This document shows, one piece after another, positions 38,313 to 47,115 of a DNA stretch of 64,000 nucleotides. Under the pieces are notes generated by a model. It saw only the letters and a program-made list of their open reading frames with translations, did not search any database and was not told where the DNA came from. The first letter of the stretch is position 1, and each line of letters begins with the position of its first letter. The position numbers and the translations under genes were made by a program. Source of the DNA: Candidatus Woesearchaeota archaeon (GTDB taxonomy: Archaea; Nanobdellota; Nanobdellia; Woesearchaeales; GW2011-AR9); assembly GCA_041665465.1 (NCBI GenBank), contig JBAYIU010000001.1, forward strand, positions 985,332-1,049,331, read 5' to 3'.

Positions 38313-39479
38313 ATGGATGCTAGACCCTACGTTCAAGGTCGAGTTAAAGTAGTTTCTGGGCCAGTTAAATCTAGCAAAAATCGGGCCGTAGAAGTTTTTC
38401 TTAATCGTTTAGTTCATAGTGAATATCTAGCTAATCATCCTGATGCTGTGGTTACCTTTCGTCATCCTGAAGATGATCCCAATCCAGAATATATCGGAGA
38501 ACATCGGGTTAAGGTTAGTGATAATCTTGACCAGATTGCAGAGAGTGTTACTCCTAATACTAGAACGGTTATAATCGTGGGTGCTTCACATTTTAGTTCT
38601 TTAGAGATTATAACCTTAGCTGACGCTTTAGTGCGTAGTAACCGCGATGTGGTTGTTTCTGGATTAAACTTGGATGCGCAAGGAAAACCATATCTAACTA
38701 TGCCTGGATTAATGGCTATTGCTGATGAAGTAGAATTAGCAAAAGCTTCTTGTGCTCAATATGATTGTCAAAGTAAACAAGCTAATCGCAGTATTTTAAC
38801 TCCCGATGGAAGATATTTCCCTGTGTGCGGCCATCATCATAATCCTACAAACAACCTATCTGGAGGATGGTTTGAGTTGGATACCGGGGGAATGTTTTCT
38901 GGAAAGACTGATTCTTTGATGGATAAAATTGCAAGGGCTACTCATGAAGATATTCCTTATGCCTTCTTTAAATCTGCTATTGATGTCCGTTATGGACAAG
39001 AAGGTGGGAGAGGAGTATTTGAATTACATAAAGCTACCCAGCATAACAAAGATGGTTTACATGCTATACTCGTTCCTGAAGCTAAACACATCTTAGAATA
39101 TCTGGGTGGTCATCCTAAAGTTAAAACTGTTTTTGTTACTGAGATGCAATTTATTCCCGGAATATATGATGTGGTATTTGAGTTAGTTTCTAAGGGGTAT
39201 CATGTTTACGGTGATGGGTTAGCTCGAGGTTGGAATCGTCAACCTTTTAATGAGTATCCTAATCTGATGTGTTTAGCTGACTCCGTAAAGATTCATCATG
39301 GTATCTGTGTTCAATGTGGGGATCCTTCTACGGAAAGTCATCTTTTGGTACAAGATGCTAAAAAACAATTAGTTAAGCCGGGAGGAAAAGGAGAGTATGA
39401 AGCTCGTTGTTTGTCTTGTTGGAATGTTGAAAAAGAAGAACCTTTAAAATATAAATTTGAAAAATTTAGGTGGAGTTAA
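38313..39479 (+). CDS. tdk: Thymidine kinase with internal tandem duplication (degenerate N-terminal TK-like module plus intact C-terminal TK)
   Basis: Second half has GGMFSGKTDSL, VTEMQFIPG, VYGDGLARGWNRQPF and Zn lasso CVQCG...CLSCW. First half keeps the TK scaffold (IVGASHFS, SGLNLDAQGKPY, ASCAQYDC) but its P-loop reads GPVKSSKN. Confidence 0.75.
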   Translation: MDARPYVQGRVKVVSGPVKSSKNRAVEVFLNRLVHSEYLANHPDAVVTFRHPEDDPNPEYIGEHRVKVSDNLDQIAESVTPNTRTVIIVGASHFSSLEIITLADALVRSNRDVVVSGLNLDAQGKPYLTMPGLMAIADEVELAKASCAQYDCQSKQANRSILTPDGRYFPVCGHHHNPTNNLSGGWFELDTGGMFSGKTDSLMDKIARATHEDIPYAFFKSAIDVRYGQEGGRGVFELHKATQHNKDGLHAILVPEAKHILEYLGGHPKVKTVFVTEMQFIPGIYDVVFELVSKGYHVYGDGLARGWNRQPFNEYPNLMCLADSVKIHHGICVQCGDPSTESHLLVQDAKKQLVKPGGKGEYEARCLSCWNVEKEEPLKYKFEKFRWS

Positions 39480-39781
39480 AAATGGAATCTGTATTTGTGT
39501 ATGGAAATTTGATGGATGATAATGTTCAAAGGCTTGCTTTTGGCAGAACGGTTGAATTTGCTTATGATGTGTTGTTTGATTTTATAAAACAAGATGTAAT
39601 AGTGGGAAGAAACAGAACCTTTACTATTATTCCTAAAAGAGGGTTTAGTGTTAATGGAGCGATTCTTTACCTTAATCCTGAGGAAATATCTTTTATTGAA
39701 GGAAAACAAGGCCAGAACTTTAAGAAGATTAAGGTTAAATTGAACAGCGGTAAAGAAGCATGGACCTACGCTTGTCCTTAA
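39470..39781 (+). CDS. Gamma-glutamyl cyclotransferase-like (AIG2/GGCT fold) protein
   Basis: VFVYGNLM motif. About 100 aa. Probably starts at the internal MESVF. Confidence 0.6.
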   Translation: MELKMESVFVYGNLMDDNVQRLAFGRTVEFAYDVLFDFIKQDVIVGRNRTFTIIPKRGFSVNGAILYLNPEEISFIEGKQGQNFKKIKVKLNSGKEAWTYACP

Positions 39782-39867
39782 TCTCTCATGGAACTACTTA
39801 AAGGTTACAAAACCTTTATAAATTAACTCTTCTTTTTAATCTTCAAATTATCTCTTAGAGGATTAAA

Positions 39868-40710
39868 ATGGACGCAAACCCATCTTTAGAACTTATTCAA
39901 GGCGACTTAAGAGCTTATGCTCAGCTAGAGCCGGGAACTTTCCAAACTGCAGCGCAATCAACTAAAGCTCGAATGACTGAACACGATTTGTGTAAAGTTT
40001 GGTTATATTGTGCTAACGGAAATGCTTATCACTCCCAAAAAGGTAAATCCATTTTATGGGGAATAACTCCTGAAGAATACAATTTAATCTTAACCCATTT
40101 ATTTGATGAAAAAGATAGTTCTTTTGACCAATTAGTTCAAAAAGGTAATTTCATTCCAAACTCTGCTGAATCTGATATAGCAATGGAGCACGCAGTAATA
40201 TCTGATATTTCTCAATTCAGATTACAAGGCGATGATGCAACTTATCGTTATCTAGAAATTAGAACTGCCGATGGTTATGTGAGAGACGGGAAAAAATTTA
40301 AGCCCCAAAATAACCATGAAGCATTATCTTTGCTAGAACTCGGGTTTAACGAAGAGTATCTAAACTTTTTAAGGGATAATCCGATAAGGAATATTGAGAC
40401 AACTAGATTGTATGTTTTGAATCCTGCTTATGTACGAAAAGAAGCTGAAGGTGGGAAAACACTTTGGCGGGCTTCGTGGCTGAATAATTTCGACGTCAAT
40501 TCCAACTTCAACGCGAGGGGTCGTGACATCGGCGGCAATGGCCGTCTCCGTGGGGTACGTCGTGTGGTCGCCGAAGGCGACAGTGCGCCGGCAGGCGCAG
40601 ACGTCAAAAAGAGAGAGATAGTTCATACTTTAGATGAAGTATTAGCTGCGTTGGGCAAAGGTATAAATCCAGAAGTTGAAGCAAAAATTCGAAAATTATA
40701 CCTGGTTTAG
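39868..40710 (+). CDS. Hypothetical protein carrying an in-frame GC-rich segment
   Basis: 280 aa. Codons in about 40465-40607 are GC3-rich (gac, gtc, ggc, cgt) unlike the rest of the gene. Confidence 0.45.
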   Translation: MDANPSLELIQGDLRAYAQLEPGTFQTAAQSTKARMTEHDLCKVWLYCANGNAYHSQKGKSILWGITPEEYNLILTHLFDEKDSSFDQLVQKGNFIPNSAESDIAMEHAVISDISQFRLQGDDATYRYLEIRTADGYVRDGKKFKPQNNHEALSLLELGFNEEYLNFLRDNPIRNIETTRLYVLNPAYVRKEAEGGKTLWRASWLNNFDVNSNFNARGRDIGGNGRLRGVRRVVAEGDSAPAGADVKKREIVHTLDEVLAALGKGINPEVEAKIRKLYLV

Positions 40711-40720
40711 TCTTTTTATA

Positions 40721-41344
40721 TTAATACTCTACCCCTCTTCTGGCTGAAACGCCTTTATCAAAGTAATGCTTATGTGGTTTCATCTCTGTAACTAAGTCAG
40801 CTAACTCGATAATCTCTTCCGGAGCACCTCGACCAGTTAGTACTAATTCTACGTGAGCCGGTTTATTAGCGATCATATTCATCACTAAGTCCACATCCAA
40901 AAAACCCAAAGACATGGCTACATTGATCTCATCTAAGATAATTAAATCATAGTCTCCCGACAATACTACCTCTAACGCTCTCTTAAACGCTTCTTCCACA
41001 TAATCCCGTTGTACATCATCGTTGAGAAAACAAAATCTACATTGGCCACAGTCTACGTCTTCTCTTACAAAATCAAAGATCTCTTTATCTAACTTTTTCT
41101 CCGAATATCCGTTCAACTTCAACTGCTTCTGCTGTTTAATACAAGGACGTCCAAATTGTAGAATTTCAATATTTGGAAGATAATTCTGAATGGAAATATA
41201 CTCTCCTGTATAAGATCCTCCTTTCATGAACTGGATCATAAACACTTTAAATCCTTGTCCGATTGCTCTCAACGCTAAACCCAGTGCAGCGGTAGTTTTA
41301 CCTTTACCTTCTCCAGTATACACTTGAATTTGTCCGTTTTTCAT
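40721..41344 (-). CDS. cobO: Cob(I)yrinic acid a,c-diamide / cob(I)alamin adenosyltransferase (CobA/CobO/BtuR)
   Basis: QVYTGEGKGKTTAALGLALRA P-loop and BtuR-family layout. Confidence 0.85.
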   Translation of the reverse strand: MKNGQIQVYTGEGKGKTTAALGLALRAIGQGFKVFMIQFMKGGSYTGEYISIQNYLPNIEILQFGRPCIKQQKQLKLNGYSEKKLDKEIFDFVREDVDCGQCRFCFLNDDVQRDYVEEAFKRALEVVLSGDYDLIILDEINVAMSLGFLDVDLVMNMIANKPAHVELVLTGRGAPEEIIELADLVTEMKPHKHYFDKGVSARRGVEY

Positions 41345-41428
41345 AATTTATAAAGTATTAAATACTTTTAAATTAGAGAAAAAGTAAGTTTTACTTTTTC
41401 TCGTTGGTTAAAACAATAAATAAAAAAA

Positions 41429-43582
41429 TTATAAGTTACACTTAACACATCCTCCTGAAAACTCTGCATCTACGGTCAGAACTTCAGATTTGGCTTCACC
41501 ATTATTCTCTAAATTTGCCGGTTCTTCTTGGCGTGCCTCTTCTTTCTTCTCTTCCCTTTTGATGTTCAATACCTGTACTTCTCGGCTGCCGTCTCGGTAG
41601 ATAGTGATTCCTTTACACCCTAACTGGTAAGCTAACAAGTAAACTTTGGTTACGTCTTCTACCGTAGCAGTAAACGGAAAGTTAACAGTTTTACTTACCG
41701 CATTATCAGTATGTTTCTGGAACGCTCCTTGCATTCTTACATGTGATTCTGGATCCAAATCCATAGAAGTAACAAACACCTTTCGTATATGTTCCGGAAT
41801 TTCTTTTAGATCTTGGATACTTCCTCTCTGAGCTATCTTCATCATCAGTTCAGGAGTGTAAAAACCTTCCTGTCTGGCCATCTCTTCAAATACCGGATTA
41901 ACTTCCAGTAATTCAAACTGAGGGGTCTTACGGATAAAAGATATGGCAAACAAAGGCTCGATCCCTGAAGAACATCCTCCGATGATAGAAATCGTACCGG
42001 TGGGAGCAATAGTGGTTATGGTGGCATTTCGATATACATGTTCTTGATTCCCATTATCATAAACACTTCCTTTAAAGTTGGGGAATGCTCCGCGTTCTAA
42101 AGCTAGTAGATGACTTGCGATTCTACCTTGAGTATTGATAAATTCCATCACTTTGTCTGCTAATTTGATTGCTTCTTCAGAATCATAAGATACTCCAATC
42201 TTGATCAACATGTCTGCCCAACCCATTACCCCTAATCCAATTTTACGGTTACCATTGACCATCTCAGTTATTTTCGGGATGGGGAAGTGGTTCATATCAA
42301 TCACGTTATCTAAGAAATGTACTCCCTGATGTATAGTCTTCCGGAGTTTCTCTAAATCTAATTTCTTATCTTCAGTAATGTGGTTAGCAAGATTTATCGA
42401 ACCTAAATTACAAGATTCGTAAGGAAGTAAGGGTTGTTCTCCACAAGGATTAGTTGATTCAATCTCTCCTAGTAAGGGGGTAGGATTACTGGTGGGCCAG
42501 TTCATTCGATCAATGAAAATTACTCCCGGCTCTCCATTCTTCCAAGCCATAGTGCAGATCAAGTCAAACACTCTCTTTGCATTCAATTCTCCTACCGGCT
42601 TTTTGCTATGGGGGTCAATCAAATCGTAATTCTGATTATTCTTCATCGCTTCCACAAACTTATCTGTAATCCCTACCGAAATGTTGAAATTGGTAATTTG
42701 ATCATTTCTTTCTTTACAAGTAATAAAATCAAGTATGTCTGGATGATCTACTCGTAATACTCCCATGTTGGCTCCTCTTCGCTTTCCTCCCTGTTTAATA
42801 ACATTGGTAGCAGCGTCAAACACTCGCATAAAAGAAATCGGTCCCGAAGCTACTCCTCCAGTGGTTCCAACTCTAGCCCCTTTAGCTCTCAACCTGGTGA
42901 AAGAAAAACCTGTCCCTCCTCCCGATTTATGGATAATGGCGGCATGTTTAACGGATTCAAAGATTCCTTCCATGGAATCTTCTACTGGCAAGACAAAACA
43001 AGCAGAAAGTTGTTGAATTTCTGTGCCTGCGTTCATTAAGGTAGGAGAATTAGGCATGAATTCTCGGTTCAACATAATTTCTAAGAATTCTTTTTTAGCT
43101 TGGTCTACATTCTTTCCATACTTTCCGTCAGCTAAGGCCACGTTTCCGGCTACGCGTTCAAATAATTGTTTTGGGGTTTCAATAACTTTGCCATTATGGT
43201 CTTTACGCAAATAACGGCCTTCTAAAACTTTAACTGCATTTAGTCCCATCTTACAGTCGTCCACCACTCCCATCAGAGACATGGTATCACGCATCTCTTT
43301 TCTCTTCTCGCGATATAAGATGAATGATTTAGCAGTCTTAGCATGTCCTCCTTCAATCAAGATCTTTTCAATCAAATCTTGGATTTGTTCTACTGAAGGA
43401 ATATCTTTCTCTGTTGATTCTAAATTAGCAATAACTTCTTGAGCTAACTTTTTAGCTAACTGTAAATCTTCTCCACCCACAGATTTTGCTGCTTTAAAAA
43501 TAGCTGTTGTAACTTTCTCTGGATCGAATCCAACAATTCGTCCATCTCTTTTTCTAATTTGGGTTATAACCATATTTTTCAC
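41429..43582 (-). CDS. nrdJ: Adenosylcobalamin-dependent ribonucleotide reductase (class II) with N-terminal ATP-cone
   Basis: ATP-cone VITQIRKRDGRIVGFDPEKV. Class II core. C-terminal redox tail GGCVKCNL. Confidence 0.85.
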   Translation of the reverse strand: MKNMVITQIRKRDGRIVGFDPEKVTTAIFKAAKSVGGEDLQLAKKLAQEVIANLESTEKDIPSVEQIQDLIEKILIEGGHAKTAKSFILYREKRKEMRDTMSLMGVVDDCKMGLNAVKVLEGRYLRKDHNGKVIETPKQLFERVAGNVALADGKYGKNVDQAKKEFLEIMLNREFMPNSPTLMNAGTEIQQLSACFVLPVEDSMEGIFESVKHAAIIHKSGGGTGFSFTRLRAKGARVGTTGGVASGPISFMRVFDAATNVIKQGGKRRGANMGVLRVDHPDILDFITCKERNDQITNFNISVGITDKFVEAMKNNQNYDLIDPHSKKPVGELNAKRVFDLICTMAWKNGEPGVIFIDRMNWPTSNPTPLLGEIESTNPCGEQPLLPYESCNLGSINLANHITEDKKLDLEKLRKTIHQGVHFLDNVIDMNHFPIPKITEMVNGNRKIGLGVMGWADMLIKIGVSYDSEEAIKLADKVMEFINTQGRIASHLLALERGAFPNFKGSVYDNGNQEHVYRNATITTIAPTGTISIIGGCSSGIEPLFAISFIRKTPQFELLEVNPVFEEMARQEGFYTPELMMKIAQRGSIQDLKEIPEHIRKVFVTSMDLDPESHVRMQGAFQKHTDNAVSKTVNFPFTATVEDVTKVYLLAYQLGCKGITIYRDGSREVQVLNIKREEKKEEARQEEPANLENNGEAKSEVLTVDAEFSGGCVKCNL

Positions 43583-43589
43583 CTCATTA

Positions 43590-44027
43590 TTATAATTTTA
43601 TAATTTGACTTAGTTCTTTTCTGAATAATTCTGGACTGTTAAATGATTTATGTACTGAAGCAAAACGTAAATATGCTAGTTTGTCAACCTTCTTTAATTC
43701 CTGTAGCACTAATTTACCGATTTCAGTAGTGGGAATAAGATTATTTTTTTGAGAAAGTATCTTCTGTTCAATCCGTTTAGTCATCTCTTCGATATTTTCT
43801 TCAGAAGTCTTGCTGCATGCTTTGATCAGGCTATTCTTTATCTTCTGGCGTTGAAACTCTTCTTCATGTCCATCCTTCTTCTTTACTGTGATGTTAAGTA
43901 AGAATTTTTCATAAGTGGTAAAACGAGAATTACAACTTCCACATTCTCTTCTTCTTCGCACAGAATTCTCAATAATACGTGATTCCAGGACCTTAGTCTC
44001 TTCGCAAGAACAATATGGACAGTACAT
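43590..44027 (-). CDS. nrdR: NrdR transcriptional repressor (zinc ribbon plus ATP-cone)
   Basis: MYCPYCSCEETKVLESR...RRRRECGSCNSRFTTYEK then ATP-cone VKKKDGHEEEF. Confidence 0.85.
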   Translation of the reverse strand: MYCPYCSCEETKVLESRIIENSVRRRRECGSCNSRFTTYEKFLLNITVKKKDGHEEEFQRQKIKNSLIKACSKTSEENIEEMTKRIEQKILSQKNNLIPTTEIGKLVLQELKKVDKLAYLRFASVHKSFNSPELFRKELSQIIKL

Positions 44028-44229
44028 CTATTCCCCCCTTGATTAAACACTACCCCTAGCGGTTATTTGGGTATAAACAACCAGATATAGTGTTTTTATA
44101 TGAAAAATAAGAAACAGGGTTGGTTTAAATAGTTTATAGTTTGGGGAAGTATAGTTTGTAAAAGATAGGTTGGAGGATACAATCCCTTTAAGGAAATAGT
44201 TAATTATTTAAGTTAAAGAGATTACCTAA

Positions 44230-44757
44230 GTGATAATGTCCTTAGGAATGCTGATCTTGCAAAGTTTGTACTTTTTCTTGCCTGCTTATCTAGCCAATAT
44301 GGCTCCACCTTTGTTTAAATGGTTGCCTTTCTTAAACAGACCAATTCACGAAAAAAGATTGGGGGCACATAAAACTTGGCGTGGAGTGATCGTGGCTACT
44401 TTAATTGGGACGTTAGTTTTTGTATTACAGAAATGGGCTTACTCTTTGGGCTTTACTCAATTAGCTTTAATTGATTATTCTGGGTTCTCTATTATTCTAG
44501 GAACACTTCTGGGTTTTGGAGCAATTTTAGGAGATGCCATCAAGAGTTATTATAAACGAAAGATGAACATCTCTCCCGGAGAACCTTGGCTAGTTTATGA
44601 TCAATTAGATTTTGTAATTGGTGGCTTATTGCTAGGAATGTTTTTCTATGTGCCTCAAGCAGAAGTAGTGTTGATCTTATTGATTATTAGTCCCTTATTA
44701 CATTTATTGTTTAACTATTTTGGATATCTTCTCGGAGTGAATAAGAACAAGTATTAA
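44230..44757 (+). CDS. carS: CDP-archaeol synthase (CarS, DUF46 family)
   Basis: Five-TM, about 175 aa. KTWRG and GDAIKSYYKR motifs. Confidence 0.75.
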   Translation: MIMSLGMLILQSLYFFLPAYLANMAPPLFKWLPFLNRPIHEKRLGAHKTWRGVIVATLIGTLVFVLQKWAYSLGFTQLALIDYSGFSIILGTLLGFGAILGDAIKSYYKRKMNISPGEPWLVYDQLDFVIGGLLLGMFFYVPQAEVVLILLIISPLLHLLFNYFGYLLGVNKNKY

Positions 44758-44814
44758 TGGTGTATTCTCTAATTACTAAATATATTTAAAGGTAATTAGT
44801 TAAGCTATGATATA

Positions 44815-45330
44815 ATGGAAATCGCTCATCCCAAAAGAAACAAAAGAGAGTTATGTGCCTTAGCGAGACTGAGAGGGGATCTGCTGGATAAGGTTGAAAA
44901 GTTAACCGGTGATAGTGGGGGATTGGGTGCTTTTATTCAAGGAATGGCTTTGAAGGAGCGCGGTAATGATCGGGTTGTTGTTGATGGATATGTAGAGGTG
45001 GGATATCTTCATTATGAAGCAAGTCCGCTTCCTGCGGTCGCTTATATGGATAAATATCAGAAAGGGATGTTAATTGATCCTTGTATTTCAGGAATAGGTT
45101 TCTATGACCTTACCAATCTTGAGCGTTGGACTCATCTACCTAAAGAAGGTATGGGTCTGGTAAGCATTGTAAAAGCTAGAGAAATAGAAAGTGCTGCAGA
45201 TGTGCTTCCACTGGATTGGTATCCTGATGATGTTCGTGAAATTCGAATTCAATGTGGTCAGAGAAGTTATCTCAAATTCAATTTTAGAGGAGAAGTATAC
45301 GCTTTAACCGGTAAAGTTAGTAAAAGATAA
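44815..45330 (+). CDS. Hypothetical protein inserted between lipid-synthesis genes
   Basis: 171 aa. Somewhat GC-richer than its neighbours. No motifs. Confidence 0.45.
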   Translation: MEIAHPKRNKRELCALARLRGDLLDKVEKLTGDSGGLGAFIQGMALKERGNDRVVVDGYVEVGYLHYEASPLPAVAYMDKYQKGMLIDPCISGIGFYDLTNLERWTHLPKEGMGLVSIVKAREIESAADVLPLDWYPDDVREIRIQCGQRSYLKFNFRGEVYALTGKVSKR

Positions 45331-45338
45331 TTCTCTCA

Positions 45339-45920
45339 TTAACTAGTTCTTTCTTTTCTCTTACCAATAAACCACTGCAACTGTTTGGCTAAAGAATAAA
45401 CTGAAGCTACTCCCGTACATAAGTAAGTCAAGATTAAAATATAATTAGCGTAAGAGGAAACAGATGGTAGATAGAACATTAATAGTATCAAAGTAAGGGT
45501 TCTGGTGAAGAGGATAGGGGTATCGCGGTCATTTAGAAAGTAGACCACCTGAGATAATAAATATAAGCCTACTACTAAGAAAGCATAATAATCATTTAAG
45601 TAAATCCCTATCTTTAGTAAAGCTAAGAAAGTGATAAAACTATCTACTAACGCATCAAAGTAATTCCCAAATTTAGTGGGTCCTTGTACTCTAGCAATCA
45701 CTCCATCTGTGGCATCAGCAAGGACGTGTAAGATTGCAAATATCAAGAATAGCCAATAAGATTCAAACAGGAAATAAACGGACAGGATTCCAAAAATTAA
45801 GGAGAGACTGGTCATGATATTAGCAGTGATTCTTATCTTGAGAAACACCTTTCCTAAACCAGAAAGTTTCTTAGAACGAAAGATTCTCAGTTTCTCCATC
45901 TGCAATTGATACCAATCCAT
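45339..45920 (-). CDS. CDP-alcohol phosphatidyltransferase (archaetidyl-serine/inositol-phosphate synthase-like)
   Basis: DATDGVIARVQGPTKFGNYFDALVD motif (D-x2-DG-x2-AR...G-x3-D-x3-D). Confidence 0.8.
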   Translation of the reverse strand: MDWYQLQMEKLRIFRSKKLSGLGKVFLKIRITANIMTSLSLIFGILSVYFLFESYWLFLIFAILHVLADATDGVIARVQGPTKFGNYFDALVDSFITFLALLKIGIYLNDYYAFLVVGLYLLSQVVYFLNDRDTPILFTRTLTLILLMFYLPSVSSYANYILILTYLCTGVASVYSLAKQLQWFIGKRKERTS

Positions 45921-45958
45921 GGAAACATATATAAAACTCCATCTATAAAAAGGTTATC

Positions 45959-46618
45959 ATGAATCGACTATTTGTAGAAACGAAGTATAAAGGAAAGGTA
46001 GAGATTCCTTCCAAGGTTATCTCCACCTTGCCAGGGAAGATAGTTTTAGCTATGCCGGTACAGTTCTTAGAGTTTCAAGCTAAGATTAAGGAACAATTAG
46101 AATCATCTGGTAAGAAAGTTATCCTGTTCAAAAGCAAGCACGGTCTTTATCCCGGACAGATTTTAGGTTGTGACATCTTCAAATTTAACGGGAATTACGA
46201 TGCCTTTCTATATGTGGGGGATGGAAAGTTTCATCCTACTGCTTTATTATATGAGAATGAGAAACCGGTTTATTGCTACAACCCTTTTACTCAGAAGTTA
46301 GAGGTTTACGACCAGATCTATCTGGAGAAGGTTAAACAAAGGAAACAGGGTCAACTGGTTAAGTTTCTTAATTCTCAAATGGTGGGGATTCTTGTTACCA
46401 CTAAGCCCGGCCAGAACCAGTCCAAGGGAGTAGAACTTTTGCGGGAGAAGCTAGAAAAAGCTGGAAAGCAAGTTTTTATCTTTCTGGCTGACGAGATTAA
46501 TTTCGGTTCCTTAGAGAATTTTAATTTTATTGAAGTGTGGATTAACTCTGCTTGTCCTCGTATCGTCGAAGACTTCAAGTGTCTAAACCTTTCTGATCTC
46601 TCTAAATTAAAGTTATAA
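45959..46618 (+). CDS. Dph2-like diphthamide-synthesis protein lacking the N-terminal domain (domains 2-3 only)
   Basis: Aligns with the archaeal Dph2 middle and C-terminal domains (GQILGC..., YVGDGKFHP, VTTKPGQ..., SACPRI). Only two of the three cluster-ligand Cys positions are present. Confidence 0.6.
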   Translation: MNRLFVETKYKGKVEIPSKVISTLPGKIVLAMPVQFLEFQAKIKEQLESSGKKVILFKSKHGLYPGQILGCDIFKFNGNYDAFLYVGDGKFHPTALLYENEKPVYCYNPFTQKLEVYDQIYLEKVKQRKQGQLVKFLNSQMVGILVTTKPGQNQSKGVELLREKLEKAGKQVFIFLADEINFGSLENFNFIEVWINSACPRIVEDFKCLNLSDLSKLKL

Positions 46619-46776
46619 TCTTTTTATTGTCGTCGGTAAAGATAGTCTCCGTCGGGTAGTAGACGGAAGAAAAAGAAAACATTTATAAACTAGCTTTATT
46701 TCTCTAGCTCTAGAAAAACGGGGGTTTAAAGCTTTGTTTTTCAGAATACTATTAAAAAACAAAAGAGGGATAAAAA

Positions 46777-47037
46777 ATGGCTGAAGTTGTAGCAAAAACA
46801 GGTGTTAAGAAGCAAAAAGGATGGCTTTATTTCGTTGATAAGGCAGGTAACGTTTCTCGTGCTTTAATGAGCAGAGCTGGAAGAAAGAAAGGAAAAGCTA
46901 AAAAAGAATTAGTCGCTAAAGCTGGCGTTAAGAAACAATCAGGATTCTTGTATTTCATCGACAAGGGCGGAAATGTTTGCCGAGCTAAGATGGCTAGAGG
47001 CAGAAAAGCTAAGCCCAAAGCCAAGAAGAAACGATAA
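46777..47037 (+). CDS. Small, highly basic protein built from an internal tandem repeat; candidate nucleic-acid-binding protein
   Basis: Two ~40 aa repeats VAK(T/A)GVKKQxG(W/F)LYF(V/I)DK(A/G)GNVxRAxMxR...KAKK. GAGGG RBS-like motif about 10 nt upstream. Confidence 0.55.
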   Translation: MAEVVAKTGVKKQKGWLYFVDKAGNVSRALMSRAGRKKGKAKKELVAKAGVKKQSGFLYFIDKGGNVCRAKMARGRKAKPKAKKKR

Positions 47038-47115
47038 GTTTCTTAGTTTTTATTTTTTTTATATTATATCTCATTTAAGCAACTTTAATATATCTCTTCT
47101 CTTTACTTCTTCCTT

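Noticed and set aside
40369-40626. 85 aa minus-strand ORF
   Set aside because: Exists only because the GC-rich inserted segment removes stop codons. Antisense to the host gene.
46375-47024. ORFs 46375..46578 (-), 46613..46795 (-), 46827..47024 (-)
   Set aside because: Antisense to Dph2-like and to the small basic repeat protein, or in the promoter region. No support.
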